From: Vezdaea acicularis | Lineage: Eukaryota | DNA length: 64,000 bases | Direction of reading: 5' to 3' | NCBI GenBank assembly: GCA_026025075.1 | Contig: JAPEUI010000079.1 | Location: forward strand, 1 to 64,000 | Part shown: positions 13,007 to 26,700 of the stretch, in pieces | Layout: each line of letters begins with the position of its first letter | Numbering within the stretch: position 1 is the stretch's first letter | Position numbers and translations under genes: made by a program | The notes under the pieces: model-generated | What the model was told of the DNA's origin: nothing | Seen by the model: the letters and a program-made list of their open reading frames with translations, nothing else | Databases searched by the model: none

Positions 13007-16000
13007 ATGTCAGGCATAATTAAGCGTCTCTCGACGTACCGCTCGGATCGAAAGAACAAGGAGTCTTCTGAAGCTACCAATGGCACAGCCAACGGGACTT
13101 CTTCCCCCGAGCCAGCAAAACAGAGTCGCCGTCAGAGCTCCTTCGGTCTCAAGAGAAAAGAGACGGAGAAGGCGGCAGCGCCCTCTCCACCTGACCACTC
13201 GGCCGGCCGCGAAGAAGTGTAAGACTTGAGATCTAGAAGTTCCCCTACCAGTCTGAGCCCATGCTAAAGAAGATATAGGTCTAATGTATTTGAGAAGTAC
13301 GCTCAACTGATTCATGCCTCGCAGCGGCCCTTGCCCACGCAGACGGGCGATGGCACGTACATTGAACAGAAGATGCCTAGCGGGCTCTTCCAGGATCTCA
13401 AGTCCTTGGGCTTCAAAGACGTCAACACGTTGATGGATGTTATGAAGAATAAGAAATCAGGAGAGCCAGTTGACGATAAGACATACGTGATGGAACGAGT
13501 CATTCAGGTCCGTCCTTAGCTGCTGTAAAAGACGTACTCAAAAGAACATCACTAATTTCTCTTAATCGACTTAGCTGGTTGCTGGGCTTCCACCATTGTC
13601 GAAGAATCGAATTGATTTGACCAACTCGTTTCTCGACGAGCTCTGGAACTCTCTGCAGCATCCTCCCATCTCGTAAGTTGTACCGCATATCATGAAATCT
13701 ACAGTCTTAAAGCAATTCTAACAACCGTATCAAGCTATCTGGGCGATAAGTTCACGTACCGCCAGCCGGATGGGTCTTACAACGTAAGCAAGCAGAAGCC
13801 ATAGCGATTTCCCGCCCAAAGCTGATTCTGAGTAGAATATCATGTATCCCCATATGGGAGCGGCTAATACACCCTATGCACGAAGCGTTCGCCCAACCAC
13901 GCTTACGCCAGGCAATTTGCCTGATCCTGGTGTAATCTTTGATGCAATTTATGCCCGAAACAAGTATAAGGAACATCCTAACAAGGTTTCAAGCGTGTTC
14001 TTCTACTGGGCATCTCTAATTATCCATGGTCAGATGATCTCGTAAGATCTTCCCACTAAGTTATATCAGACTAACTCTTTTTGAAGATCTGTTCCAAACG
14101 GATCACGCCGACTTCAACATCTCACAAACCTCGTCTTACCTAGATCTATCTACGCTATACGGAGATGTGAAAGAGGACCAGGATCATATTCGAACATTCA
14201 AGGATGGAAAACTAAAGCCAGATTGTTTCTCGGAGAAACGTCTCCTTGGATTTCCTCCCGGTTGCGGCGTACTGTTAATTATGCTTAATCGTTTCCATAA
14301 TTATGTAGTCGAGCAACTCGCCGTTATTAATCAAAATGACCGCTTCACCAAGCCATCGGAAGGCCTTACCGCGGAAATGGCCGAGAAGTCTTGGGCAAAG
14401 TATGATAACGATCTTTTCCAGACCGGCCGTCTCATTGTCTGTGGGCTGTATATGAATATTACTCTACTGGATTATCTCCGGACCATCGTCAATCTTAATC
14501 GAAGTAACACTACCTGGACTTTGGATCCTCGTGTCGAGATGGGTAAGGTGTTCGGGCATGAAGGGACCCCCCGTGGTATTGGCAACCAAGTTTCCGCCGA
14601 GTTCAATCTTGCCTACCGTTGGCATTCTTGCATTAGTGACAGGGATGACAAGTGGACCCGTGAAGCTTATAAGGAGATGTTTGGAAAGGAAGCCGAGGAT
14701 GTTTCTATGAGAGAAGTTCTTATGGGTCTCGGAAAATGGGAGCATGGCCTTCCCGATGACCCAGTTGAGCGACCCTTCCATAAGTTGAAACGTGGACCAG
14801 ATGGAAAGTTCAACGATGACGATTTAGTTGAAATCATGGCTTCCAGTATCGAAGACTGCGCAGGTGAGAAATCTAGGGTGCTCTTCAGTATGAAGGATCT
14901 TCTGACCCGTATTTACTAGGCTCGTTTGGTGCAAACAATGTACCCAAGGTACTCCGAGCAGTCGAGATCCTTGGCATGATGCAGGCCCGAAAGTGGAACT
15001 GTGCCTCGTTGAACGAGTTCAGGTTATTCTTCAATCTCAAGCCTCATGAAACTTTCGAATCTATCAACTCGGATCCCGAAGTCGCCGAGAACCTTCGCCG
15101 TCTCTACGAGCATCCTGACTTTGTTGAGCTCTATCCCGGTATTGTAGCCGAGGAAGCAAAGACTCCTATGGTTCCAGGTGTTGGAATTGCTCCTACATAC
15201 ACTATCTCTCGCGCTATATTGTCTGACGCCGTCTGCCTAGTCCGAGGTGATCGATTCTACACCGTAAGCTACCCGATAGAAATGAAGTTTTATGATGAGA
15301 CTAATAGAGCAATTTAGGTTGACTATCATCCCAAGAACTTGACAAACTGGGGCTATAGTGAAGTCCAGTATGATCTCAATGTGGAGCAGGGATGTGTCAT
15401 GTACAAACTGTTTCTCCGCGCTTTCCCCAACCACTTCAAGCAGGATTCAGTCTACGCACATTACCCAATGACTATTCCCTCCGAAAATAAGAAGATTCTC
15501 ACGACCCTTGGCCGTGTTGATGACTACTCTTTTGATAGACCAAAGTTCATGGCTCCGCGAGTTAACCTCGTTTCTTATCCTGGGGCTAAGTTCATCTTGG
15601 ATCACGCAAAAGAGTTCAAGGTCACGTGGGGCGAAGGCTTGGGCTTTCTCATGGGCAAGGGGGGTTTGGACTTCATGTTGTCTGGCGATTCAACGTTCCA
15701 TCACCAGCAAAGAGAGCTTATGGGCAAATGTCTCTACCGGGAAAACTGGCACCAACAGATCAAAGACTTCTACGAGTACATCACGCTCAAGCTTCTTCAT
15801 CAGAAATCCTATAAGTTGGTTGGCGTTAACCAAGTCGATGTTACCAGGGAGTAAGTTGCATCTGCGCTGATCAACCAAATGTACTGACAACGTTTAGCGT
15901 GGGTAACCTGGCACATCTGCACTTCGCTGCCAATGTGTTCTCTCTTCCACTGAAGACCGACGAGCATCCTCATGGTGTCTACTCTGAGCATGAGCTGTAC

Positions 16001-17033
16001 ATGATCATGGCTGTCATCTTCGTTACCATTTTCTTTGACTTGGACCCAGCTAAATCATTCCCTCTTCGACAAGCCACAAGAGCTGTTACCCAGCAGCTTG
16101 GGAAGCTTGTCGAAGCTAATGTCAAGGCCGTTAATATGACTGGCTGGATTGCCGGTATTGCCGATACCGTCAATCAAACGCACACGCCTCTGAAAGATTA
16201 TGGCGTGCACATGGTCCGCCGGCTCCTTGAGAGCAAGCTTGGTCCTTACGAGGTCACTTGGTCTCATGTGTTGCCTACTGCAGGAGCCATGGTAGCCAAT
16301 CAAGCCGAAGTGGTATGTAAGGCCTTCATCTATAGAGAGCCAAAGCTGATGAACCCAGTTTTCTCAATGTCTTGACTTCTACCTCGGCGAGCAGGGAAAG
16401 CAATATCTTCCAGATATCAACCGATTGGCCAAGTTGAACACCAAGGAGGCCGATGCCACTATTCTACAATACGCTATGGAGGGGATCCGTCTCAATGGCA
16501 CCTTTGGCTCGTACCGTGAGTCGACGGTTGAAATGACTGTCGACGATGACGGAACACCTGTTCACGTCAAGCCCGGTGACAGAGTTTTTGTCAGCTTTGT
16601 AAGTATTGTTTTGGTCAGCATTTCCGGCAGCACGCTAACATCCACAAGGTTGGCGCCGCGAAAGATCCTAGAATCTTCCCAGAACCAGAGAAGGTAAAGA
16701 CCGATCGTCCGCTCGAGAATTATATCCATTACGGAAGTGGTCCCCACGCTTGTCTCGGAAAAGACGCAAGCCGTACAGCCATCACGGCGATGCTGAAGAC
16801 CATCGGCCGACTTGACAACCTCCGACGTGCGCCAGGCAAGCAGGGCGAGCTCCAGAAGATTCCCAGACCAGGTGGATTCTATATCTACCTGCGTGAGAAC
16901 TCCGAGAGTTACTTCCCCTTCCCAACTAGTAAGTCAATTGGTATCACCTTCTCATATATTTCTATACTAACGAATTGTAGCCATGAAAATCAACTGGGAT
17001 GGTGATCTGCCGCCGTTGCCAAAGCTCACTTAA
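13007..17033 (+). CDS. Fatty-acid dioxygenase / cytochrome P450 fusion (psi-producing oxygenase family, 10R-DOX/PpoC-like), 12 exons
   Basis: Heme peroxidase domain (IIHDLFQT, GNQVSAEFNLAYRWH, VELYPG, LVRGDRFY) followed by a P450-like domain (MVANQ, EGIR, YGSGPHACLG). Eleven GT-AG introns traced in frame; stop TAA 17031-17033. Confidence 0.95.
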
Positions 17034-17340
17034 AAGTGAGGATTTCATGCATTTAATGGACTTCATCGTTACTCTCCCTGTCTCTTCCGTTGTATTTTGC
17101 CAAGATACCTCTTTCCTTCTCGTCCAGATGTTGTGGGCAGCGGATGACCATCTCGAGCGGAGGTCGTTGCGTAAGATAAGATGACAGATGTTGGCATGTA
17201 CCGAGTGTTTGTGTAATAGCTATTCCAGTCGCTCTTACGTTTTGCAGAACTGTGTCACCAACTATGTAGCAGGGCTTGATGCCGCTAGTGTGAGCTTATG
17301 ACTGAAGTAAATTTCTTGACGCCAATCTATTTAAGCTATT

Positions 17341-19325
17341 TCAACCTTCCTCCAACCCCTTGGCTCGCCTAATTTCCTCTTCGTCATCGCTGTCCCCACC
17401 ACTCTCCCCATCTCTGTTCTTCCCCAACCCGGTCTTCCCTGTCCGCTTCGTCGCCGCGTCTACACCCTTACTACCAACCCACCAGTACCAGCCATCGCGC
17501 TGTGCATCCACGGTCGCGAAGAACTGCCCAAACACGCCCTTCGCTTCCTCCTCCCTCCAGATACGCCCATAGATCTCCCTCTCCCGAAACTCCTCTATCT
17601 CGGCCCGATACTTGGAGAAGTCGATGGGCTCCTTATCGTATTGCTTCGCGTGCTGCGCGTTATAGGTGTCAAAGACTGGCTGTTGGAGGAGCAGACCGAG
17701 GCCGGGGGCTTTGGGGATGGAGAGGGCGACGGGGGTGAAAGTAGCGGGGATGAGACCGGGGGGTGCCCCGCACCGCACGGCGAGGACGGCGAGAGAGACC
17801 ATCTTGCGGATCTGGTGCATCATGAAGCTCTGGCCGTGGACGCGAAGGGAGAGCCATTCGGTGCCGGAGGCGTCTGTCCCGGCGTCTGTGGCGTTAGGGG
17901 AGTTGGGGTTGGTGCTGGGGAGAGAGCGGATGAAGGGCTCGGAGGTGGTGAAGGATTTGATGATGCGCATTGCGCTGGGGTCTTTCCAGCTTTTCTGCAC
18001 GGTGTAGTTGTGGAAATTGTGCGTGCCGACGAACTGGGCTAGGGTGGCGCGTAGGCGGGCGAGGCGCGAGGGAGGGAGGCGGTAGGCGCGTTTGGCGCGT
18101 GTGGTTGTTGCGCGGATGGTGCGGAGGAGGGCGGTTTCTGCTGAGGATGGGAGGGGGTCGGAGGGGTCTTCTGGGGGGTCGGCGATGGGGGGGGTGTCGG
18201 GTTTTTTGGGGTGGCGCTCGGAGCGGGTGAGGGGGGTAGAGTCGTAGAGGGAGGAGAGGACTTTCTCGCGGAGATCGGGGCTTAGACTGGCGAGGAGGGG
18301 GGTTATGAGGGCGTCGTCGGTTTCGGACCAGAAATTGAGGACTTCGGCCTGCCGCTCGTGGTAGCCCTCCAGATCGCCGGCTTCTTCGGCGAGCTCGACG
18401 AGCTTCTTGCCCAGGTGCGATCGCGGGTGGGGTGGGAGGAGGGCGTAGGTCGGGATCAGGTACTCGTAGATGCGCGAGTCGCACAGCTGGTAGCAGCTGA
18501 ACCCACCTGTGGTGCGGATTATACCCCATACGCGGATTTGAGGAGAGAGAGCGGCATTGATCTTGGGGACTATGTCAGGGTCATCAACGATAAGCTTTAG
18601 AGAGACTATGTTGCCCGCCGCGTGAACCCCTTTGTCGGTGCGGGCGCAGCGGATCAGGGAGGACTTTTTGGGGTCGTTTGCATTGGCCTTGGAGATTGCC
18701 CCGGCGGCGACAAAGGCGTTGAAGAGGTCGCCCTCAATTGAGGGGCCGTCGTCGCATCTAACAGATCGTTAGAGTCCGTATGAAGTATAGAGTAGTTTGG
18801 GAGAGGTACAATTGCATGCCCAAGTAACCGCTCCCTGAATAACCAATCAATACCGCAACCTTCCTTTTCGGCTTGCGTTCTTCATTCTGGATCTCTTCGG
18901 CGGAGAAGACAGGGTACTGTTTCCCTTTCTTCTGTTCCTCAGGGCCGAGATTTAACCGTTTAGCTTCTTCTTCGGCATTGCGGGACCGCTTGTCTATTTG
19001 GTATCGGCTGGATTAGTCAGTTGTGTATGATATATGTTGGGGATGGAAGGACTGACCTCCATTCCGCCCGCCCCATATCGCCTTTCCTCTTGCGCTTCTT
19101 CCCACGATCTCCAGATGCTTTCCCGATGCCTTGAGTCTTGCTCCGCGGTGGGAGGTCTTCCCTGGTGCCGTGTCCTTCTTCGTGTCCCTCCGCGTTGACC
19201 CTGGGTAGTATAGACGTCGATGGGCCTTCCATTCCCTCGGATTGGGGTGCAGAAAGTGAGGAAGCTGCGGCACTCGGCTCCATATTCCCAACTGAATCAT
19301 TCTTGACATCTTCTGTTGCGTCCAT
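17341..19325 (-). CDS. PUS1: tRNA pseudouridine synthase (TruA family), 3 exons
   Basis: RKPKRKVAVLIGYSGSGYLGMQ, catalytic RCARTDKGVHAAGN, CDSRIYEYLIP, FVGTHNFHNYT, GQSFMMHQIRKMV, IPKAPGLGLLL. Confidence 0.92.
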
Positions 19326-19720
19326 GGCGACAGCACATTCTCAAATGTTCAGAATAAAAAGCTATGGAAAATGTGGAAATGTTCATCATGCCCACTTAGC
19401 GAAACCTCGGAGGTCGGAAGTTGCCGCCTTCATTAACCTCAACTCCACCTTTCCTCGCTATTGTTCTCAAGTAGTCGAGTTCAGTCGGAGCTAAACTATG
19501 CTGTTCTGGTGTTCAAACTTGTGCTCACTCCACAGTTAATATCACAGTCCTCCTTCAGGCGACTCACCTTCTTCTTTTTACCTGGGACCGTCACTGCTTG
19601 CAAACACTAACATTCGTTTCACGTTGCGGGGCTGGCCTTTACGCGTTCAATGCTTGACTATCCAGCCTTAGACAGCCTCAGTACCTGGTGTGTCGGGAGC
19701 GAGGAGAGTTTCATCTAGCT

Positions 19721-21208
19721 ATGGATTCAGCAAAAGCTCTAATTCGGACAGTCTTGCGTGCCTTTTACGAGACGAGGTCGACCATATTGATCGACGCTTT
19801 GATGCTACATGTAACGTAGGTTGGCAGTGATGTGATAGTCGAGGCATAATAGCTGATCTATTCGCCACAGGCTACGGGATGATGACCTCGCCTTTGTAAT
19901 GGGAATGCAAGTCAAAGAGCTCCGAAAGCTCTGTGGGAAGTTGAAGGAGGATCGGCTACTTCAAGAGTGGGCCACCAAGATTCTCCTTTACTATTCTACG
20001 ATGTCTGACACTCTTCTAGGGGAAGTCGGCCAGAAATCCGTGAAGGCGGTCTGAACAGACCTTCGCTTCGAACATACTATTACATCGACTATCGGGCCGT
20101 CGTTGACAGCATTAAGTACCGGATCTACAAGCTTACAAAATCGGTAGAAGGAGACCTTAGACCAGCTGATCAGCACAAAGACTTCATATGTCCTCAATGT
20201 AAATCAAGATGGACTATTCTTGAGGTGATGGACAACATAAATGATAGGGGCGAGTTCCTCTGCCATCGCTGTAATTATGTACTCCAGCAAGATGAAGAGA
20301 AGGAAGAAAGTGGAGCCGGTCACGTAAAGCAGTCCCGACTCATGAGCCAACTGGACTCATTGCTCTCTCTACTCCAAAAGATTGATGACCAATTCGTACC
20401 TGAAACCATTTTCAATGATGATCTCATCAATTCCGGCGTACGTGTCGAACGGAACCAACTTACTAATCCAATGGCAGCTACACACGTGGTCGCGAACTCT
20501 TTTGGCCCTGTCACGGTCAAAGGTATGGCACAGCCAACTGCTAAGGTCAATGTCGATCTTACAACATCAAGTGAGAAGAGTGCTGCGGACGCAGCAGCTG
20601 AGAAAGCGCATAAGGAGAAATTGGCTGCTCAGAATGTTCTTCCCGAATGGCATACAACATCGACAGTCTCCGGTGAAAAGGTGAACCCCGCAGCTCTTGA
20701 GTCTCCCACCAAATATACGGCGTCTTCAACGCTTTCGCAAGACACGAAAGGCGGAGTTACTACAGGCTCTCCCAAGGATGAGGATGGCCCTGGCGAGGAT
20801 GCCGCAGTACAAGAATATTACCGCCAGCTGGAAAAAGAACAGGCAGAGAAGCAGCGTAAGGACCAAGAGGAGGAAGAGGAGGAGGAAGATGAAGAGGAAG
20901 ATGACGAAGATGACGAAGATGAGGATGGCTTCGAAGATGTCGATGTTACAGACACACCTGCGTCAAGTGCAGCTGTCGCCAACGGAGCTCCTTTGTCTTC
21001 TGCTTCGGGAAGTGCTTCAGCAACTCCAAATGGCCATGTACTGTTAGAGAAACATGATCCAGGCTCACCAAAGCAGAAGAGGGTCAAGCTTGACCCCGAT
21101 ATTGCGTCGGAAGCCGAAGTACGACAGCTCGCTGACAAAGAGGGTCCCAACATTAAGGTAGAAGACTCAGAGGAAGATGAGGATGAAGGTGACTTTGTAG
21201 ATGTCTGA
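19721..21208 (+). CDS. TFA1: Transcription initiation factor IIE alpha subunit, 3 exons
   Basis: MDSAKALIRTVLRAFYE, YYIDYRAVVDSIKYRIY, zinc ribbon CPQC...CHRC, NVLPEWHTTSTV and acidic C-terminus ending EGDFVDV. Confidence 0.92.
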
Positions 21209-22000
21209 CAGGGTATCAGCTTGGGCTAGATGGAGTCGTAGAAGCACTTTAGTGTAGCAGGCATCTCAGGGGCTACTGAGTTTCTGGAAGGCGTTAATGG
21301 ATATGGGTATACCCTGAAGATAGATACTAGATCGATAGTACTCGACGCAAACATCTGGAAGCACCTTCAACTTTCAATGATTTGACCATAGCGGCCGGTT
21401 TTCTGATTTCGGAGATATCCGTGAGCAGTATCACAATGCGCTTTGATTTCCAGATCGCCGTCTGTAAGATCCACTTGATCACGTGAAATGCCAACTCTGC
21501 AAATATCAACAGCTAGCCTCTTGTGTCGACGTATCTGGACGCCCTACGTCATTTGATGGTATTTGGAAACAACCTTAAAGGAAGTTACAGCTCCATATGT
21601 ATAGATTGAAAAATATTCGATCTCCTATTCTGACCACTCAGGCGCTAGTCGAATGTCACATTCGTCGCTTAATCTCGGACTTGCGTCCGTCAGAAAGTTA
21701 GGCTTATTACGCGTACCCTGACACAGGGTCTCATATCCACCTTCCCGTGTGGCTGTTAGCCCACATGGCCAAGCCGGCCAGTAAGCCTACCCTAATCATA
21801 ATGGCTTATCTTGGAGTTTCTTCCTCTGCAATTGTCTCCATGTATCCAACGAATCGAAGAAGAATCCCTTTACCACTTGCCATCGAGCACCGGAAAAGCC
21901 TCACCCATATGCGCTAGTAGCTGCGTGCATTTAAGGGATTGCCTACTTACTCCCGAGGCGGCGCTGACGGACGATAGCGCAACTCATAGATCTACCGCGC

Positions 22001-23727
22001 ATGTCTCGTCGACACGCAGAAGAAGAGTTTGAGTTGCTTCGTCGTGGGTCGACGGACTCTTTCGATCTTGACGACGAAGATTCTCAACATCAAGTCGTCT
22101 CCAAGCGCTCCAAACGTCAACACAGATCTTGGGCGCCCGGCTGGCGAAACCCCCTTAATAAGAAGTCCTTATGGGCTTCTTTCAGGAACTATGCAATCAA
22201 AGGGCATCTACTGCGCCGCAGATCGATCAGAAACTTATGTCTTCTCCTTCTAGTGGTTGACTGGCTACTTGCAGCCTGGATTATCCTGACTGGAATACTC
22301 AACCCGTCCTACAACAGCCCCCCGCCTCATTACGACCAAATACGACTGGAGGCTCGAAACACTGGCTATGCCAACCCGAACAATGAAACAGTCTTCATCG
22401 CTGCCAATATAGTGAATGCAGAGTTGATCAGAGACTCGTGGGCAGCCTCTATATTGGATCTCATATCGCTGCTGGGGCAAGACAATGTCTTTTTGAGCAT
22501 ATATGAGAACGATAGCGGGCCAGAAACAACAGAGGCTCTGCGTGAGCTGGAGAAGAGAGTCAAATGTATGGCCGGTTGCTGTGCAGAAATACTATTATGC
22601 TAACACCACCAGGTAATTCTACCATCGTCTCAGAGCACCTCCCTACCGAGGATGTCCCCACCATCACCCTTCCTTCGGGTGAGAAGCGCATAAAGCGAGT
22701 CGCATACCTTGCGGAAGTACGGAATCGCGCTCTCAGGCCCCTCGACAAGCTAGGAAGATATTCATCCGATGGAATTGAGAGAACAGATGTCCAATTCGAC
22801 AAGATATTATTCATAAATGACGTTGTTTTCTCGCCCATAGAGGCAGCGCAACTCCTATTTGCTACTAATATCGACGATTCCGGCCGCACACAATACCGCG
22901 CTGCTTGCGCAGTCGACTTCATTGATCCGTTCAAGTTCTACGATACATTTGCAACAAGAGACCTTGAGGGCTATAGCATCGGGATCCCTTTGTTCCCGTG
23001 GTTCTCTAGTTCAGGGCTTGGGCACACAAGGAAGGATGTTCTTGCGGAAAAAGACGCAGTTAGGGTTCGGAGCTGTTGGGGAGGCATGGTTGCATTTGAA
23101 GCAAAATGGTTTCAAAAGTCTGCTTTGGAGTTAGAGGCAGAAGACGTACGAGGAACTGCAGATCCTGCCTTACCGCACAGAGAAGGAGGCCAAGACTCTC
23201 CCTTACGGTTCAGATCAGAGAGCGACCTTTATTGGGACTCTTCCGAATGCTGTCTGATAAACGCCGATCTCCAAAGGCCTCCGAATCGATCAGACCCGGA
23301 GAGCGAGACCGGTATATTCATAAATCCTTTCATCAGAGTAGCTTACACCACCCAAACTTTCACATGGCTACAGCTCGCTCGGCGCTTCGAGAGAGTTTTC
23401 ATTATTCCTCAACGTCTCATCACAAAATTTGTCGGGTTGCCACGTTTCAATGCCCGGCGAACTGAGGTGGAGGGCGAAGAAGTCGAAGAGAATGTGTGGA
23501 CATACGATGACCAGGCCAGGTTAAATGATTCAGACTTGGCTGAGGATAAAGAGGGCATGGGCAGTGGAGTGGCTGTTCGCAACGGTTCATTCCAGAGGAT
23601 ACGGCGAATAGCTGGATCTGGTGGGTTTTGCGGTACTAGGCAGCTGCTGCTTCTAAGAGAGAATTCGACTGAAGGTCAGAAGAAGTGGGAAGATATGCCC
23701 GTTCCTCCGGGATACTGCCCTGTATGA
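22001..23727 (+). CDS. CAP59/CMT1-like alpha-1,3-mannosyltransferase (GT69), type II membrane protein, 2 exons
   Basis: N-terminal TM segment; VFLSIYENDS, RVAYLAEVRNRAL, KILFINDV, AACAVDF, FYDTFATRD, VRSCWGGMVAF, SECCLI. Predicted intron ~22566-22612. Confidence 0.88.
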
Positions 23728-26700
23728 TAGATCATGGCATGCATCGTCGGCGTTACAGGTCTTGAGCGGTTGCAGTCATAATCTTCACGATGAAGCTGCG
23801 TTTCAAAACTATTTCAATTCTCAGGTTATTCAGCACAAAATCTTAGATCTTCGTGAGTAGAGTGCAGCCGCACCGTGATCAGTTCATAAAGATGCAAGAT
23901 CCTCTATTGTTCTGGTTTGCCCCTTCCATCCACGTCGACCATGTGCTGTAGGGCTTGAATCTACTATGAATTCCCACTTCTCTGTAGTTTCAGTTCATTC
24001 AATAATAAAGCATTCAAGCGTGCTGATCACCAGAAGGCTATCATGAAATAAGACGCGGTGTGAACGAGATCAAAAGCATACTCGAGCAAGTCAATGGCCA
24101 GGCAATCTGCAATCTCTAGCTTTACGATGATTCGTAAACCAATCATTGAAGCTACCTCGGCAGAAACTTCTCCTGGCTGACGCGTCTTCAGATGCAAAAA
24201 GGCAAAGGACATCCTGAAGTAATCTGAGTTTTCGGCGTTGCATCAGAACAAGCATATAGAGGCGCGTTGCTCTGATTGCTCAAGGGCTGGTCAATTGCTG
24301 TTTTCACCCTGCATACATGTGCGGATGAGGGAGTTGTGGAGGTGCGTGTGACTTACTATTAGCTTTGTATCAAAATTCAAGGAAAAATGTCTTCCGGCTC
24401 TTGAAAATAAATCTTTGCCTTGCGGCACAATTACTTTTGTCAATCACCCCTCTGCTAGCGTCTGATGGGCGGATGATTCATGCGAGTAATTCCTCGGATC
24501 TCCCAAGCCGTGCTCCCTTCCCGTCCACCGGCACCCATAGGAACGGAGGGAAAAGGCTCTAGGGTGTTTGGAAAAACACCTCCCCCAAGTCGCCAATATT
24601 GATGCCTCATCAGAAACATGGTTAGAATAGCCGCGCTGCCGCTGCCTCTTCATGTACCTTACTTCACTGATCTGAGAAACCCGGTGCCAAGACAAAGTTG
24701 GTGCCAAAATTTCAATGATGAAGCATATTATGAGGCTTGGGCGCTATTTGGAAGCAGAAAAAAAAAAAAAGAAAAAGCTTGAAGTAAGCGGGTTGAGCAT
24801 TCTTTGCCCTCATCCACACGGCTTCTGCCGCAATGAGCTCATTTAGGAGAATGCATACGCAGAGATGTGAGTTCATCTCTCCACACCATTTACCTACTTT
24901 CTGAGACGTGAACATGGGCTGTTGGAGGGGACCTTGCATCAGCTCCCTCTTTGGGCCCTACACGTGATAAGCACCCAAGCGCAGCAACCGTTGTTCCTGC
25001 ATGGTCTGCTTTAGGGACTCTAGGAACGGGCCGATTAAGCTGAGGCCTTGTACGGACGATGGAATGCTTCGAATAGCAAGTCAGACAAAAGACACTGAAG
25101 GGGAAAGTCGGCTATTAATGCCCTGATCGTTGTAAGCATCTTTAAGGCGTCCAAGTTCCTTCTTTGGGAGTAGCCGAAAGACTTTGAAGGGCTCATTAGA
25201 GACATGGAGGCGCAGAGCTATGCGCCGCAAAACGACCACCACCGTCGGGCAAAATACCTAAAGAGGTGAAGATCAACTACCCATGTGATTTGATTTTGAT
25301 GCGGGCGGAAATGACCGTTGCTTACAACAAAAAGAAAAACACCCGTGGCCGCATCGGCAGCAAACGTCGGCGATGCCGATTCGCTTCAAGCTCTGGCGCA
25401 GAGCGACTGCGCGGATGTCACAGCACACACGAAGGCCGAAGATTGGGCTAGTCACGGCGGATATGGGTGAGAATAGCTCAAGCACACCCGCCAGGCTCGA
25501 AAAGGACCTGACAGGAAGCGCCGAGACGCTGACAACCAGGACCCACGCGAAATGGTCTTCGCGCTACTGTAGTGTTAGTCCGCCGGTCCGAGGTAGCTCT
25601 CCTCTCGATCAGATATTCCAACTCGAACGTGGTTGGCACGGAGGCACGGACCACCAACCCTGGCGCAGAGCGGTCGTGACAGTAGCATGTTAGCATCCGG
25701 ATCGACGAAGGCTGTCGGCAGGGCAGGCCCTATTGGAGGGGGCGAGCGATAGCCCGCTCACCCTAAGCTCGACGGCACGTTCGAGAGACCGACGGCGCAA
25801 GAGAATTTGGCATGGCGCAGTAGATGGCCCGGGGTCGACGGTAGTCATGGCTTCAAGGCGTCGAGCCGTCGTGTCAGGGTGTTGATCGAAGCACAAACGT
25901 AAGCACTACCACGAGCTCAAGCTCGAGCTCGAGCTCGAACGCTGGTCAAGCTATCGCGACCCTTTTGATGAAGGATCAACAAGCATACGGACGGGCGTCT
26001 GTTCCGCATTGCCGCCGTTTAGAGAGCTTCTCGAGGGAAGGGCGGCTATCATTGGCCTAAAGCATCAACCAACACTCATTCCGCCAGGGCTCCAGTCACA
26101 TACGCTAAAGCTTTGCAACAATGTTTGTCCTCCGTACTGGCACCCTGCCACTCAAGCTATGGTCCACTGGCGTGCCTTTCGTAAATGAGACGGAGAGGAC
26201 TTGCTTTACTCGTCACAAGCCCGTGGGCAGCTGCGAGATGAGGGGTCGACAGCCAACAGGAAAGCAACCGGTAGGTCCGACACGTCTGCGTGGGAAATCT
26301 CTGGCTCTTCCTTGACGTGGCTGTAGATTTCAATATGCCTTGCAACGGCCCTTGATCTCCCCTCTCTCTTCCCCGTTCGCGGCGTGGGGTCGAAATAAGC
26401 CGGCCTCCTAGTTCATCTTCGGTGATGATACTCAAGACGGGCTTGCCGGACCCGGACCATGAGTCTCAACGTGGCCTGGTGGCCTCGTATCCTTCTCTTT
26501 TTCTTTAGAAGGGGCTTTTCTTTTAAGGCTACGACTCACCCAGCAGTCGTCACTGTTCTTAAAGAAGTTAAACGCGGCTTGACGAATGGCGTTATTCCGC
26601 TAGACAGGTTTCGCATCGCCTTCTAGATCGCATTCTGCCTTCCGTTTGTTTGGGGGGATCTCCCGCGTTTCACCAAAAGGATTTGACATGTAATGCTGCA

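Noticed and set aside
20860..20940. GAG/GAA/GAT-rich repeat-like stretch
   Set aside because: It encodes the normal acidic tract of TFIIE-alpha.
25912..25940. (GAGCTC)-like tandem hexamers and the 53-bp duplication at 1272-1370 as possible array or CRISPR-like repeats
   Set aside because: Only 2-4 adjacent units, no unique spacers and eukaryotic context; ordinary slippage repeats.
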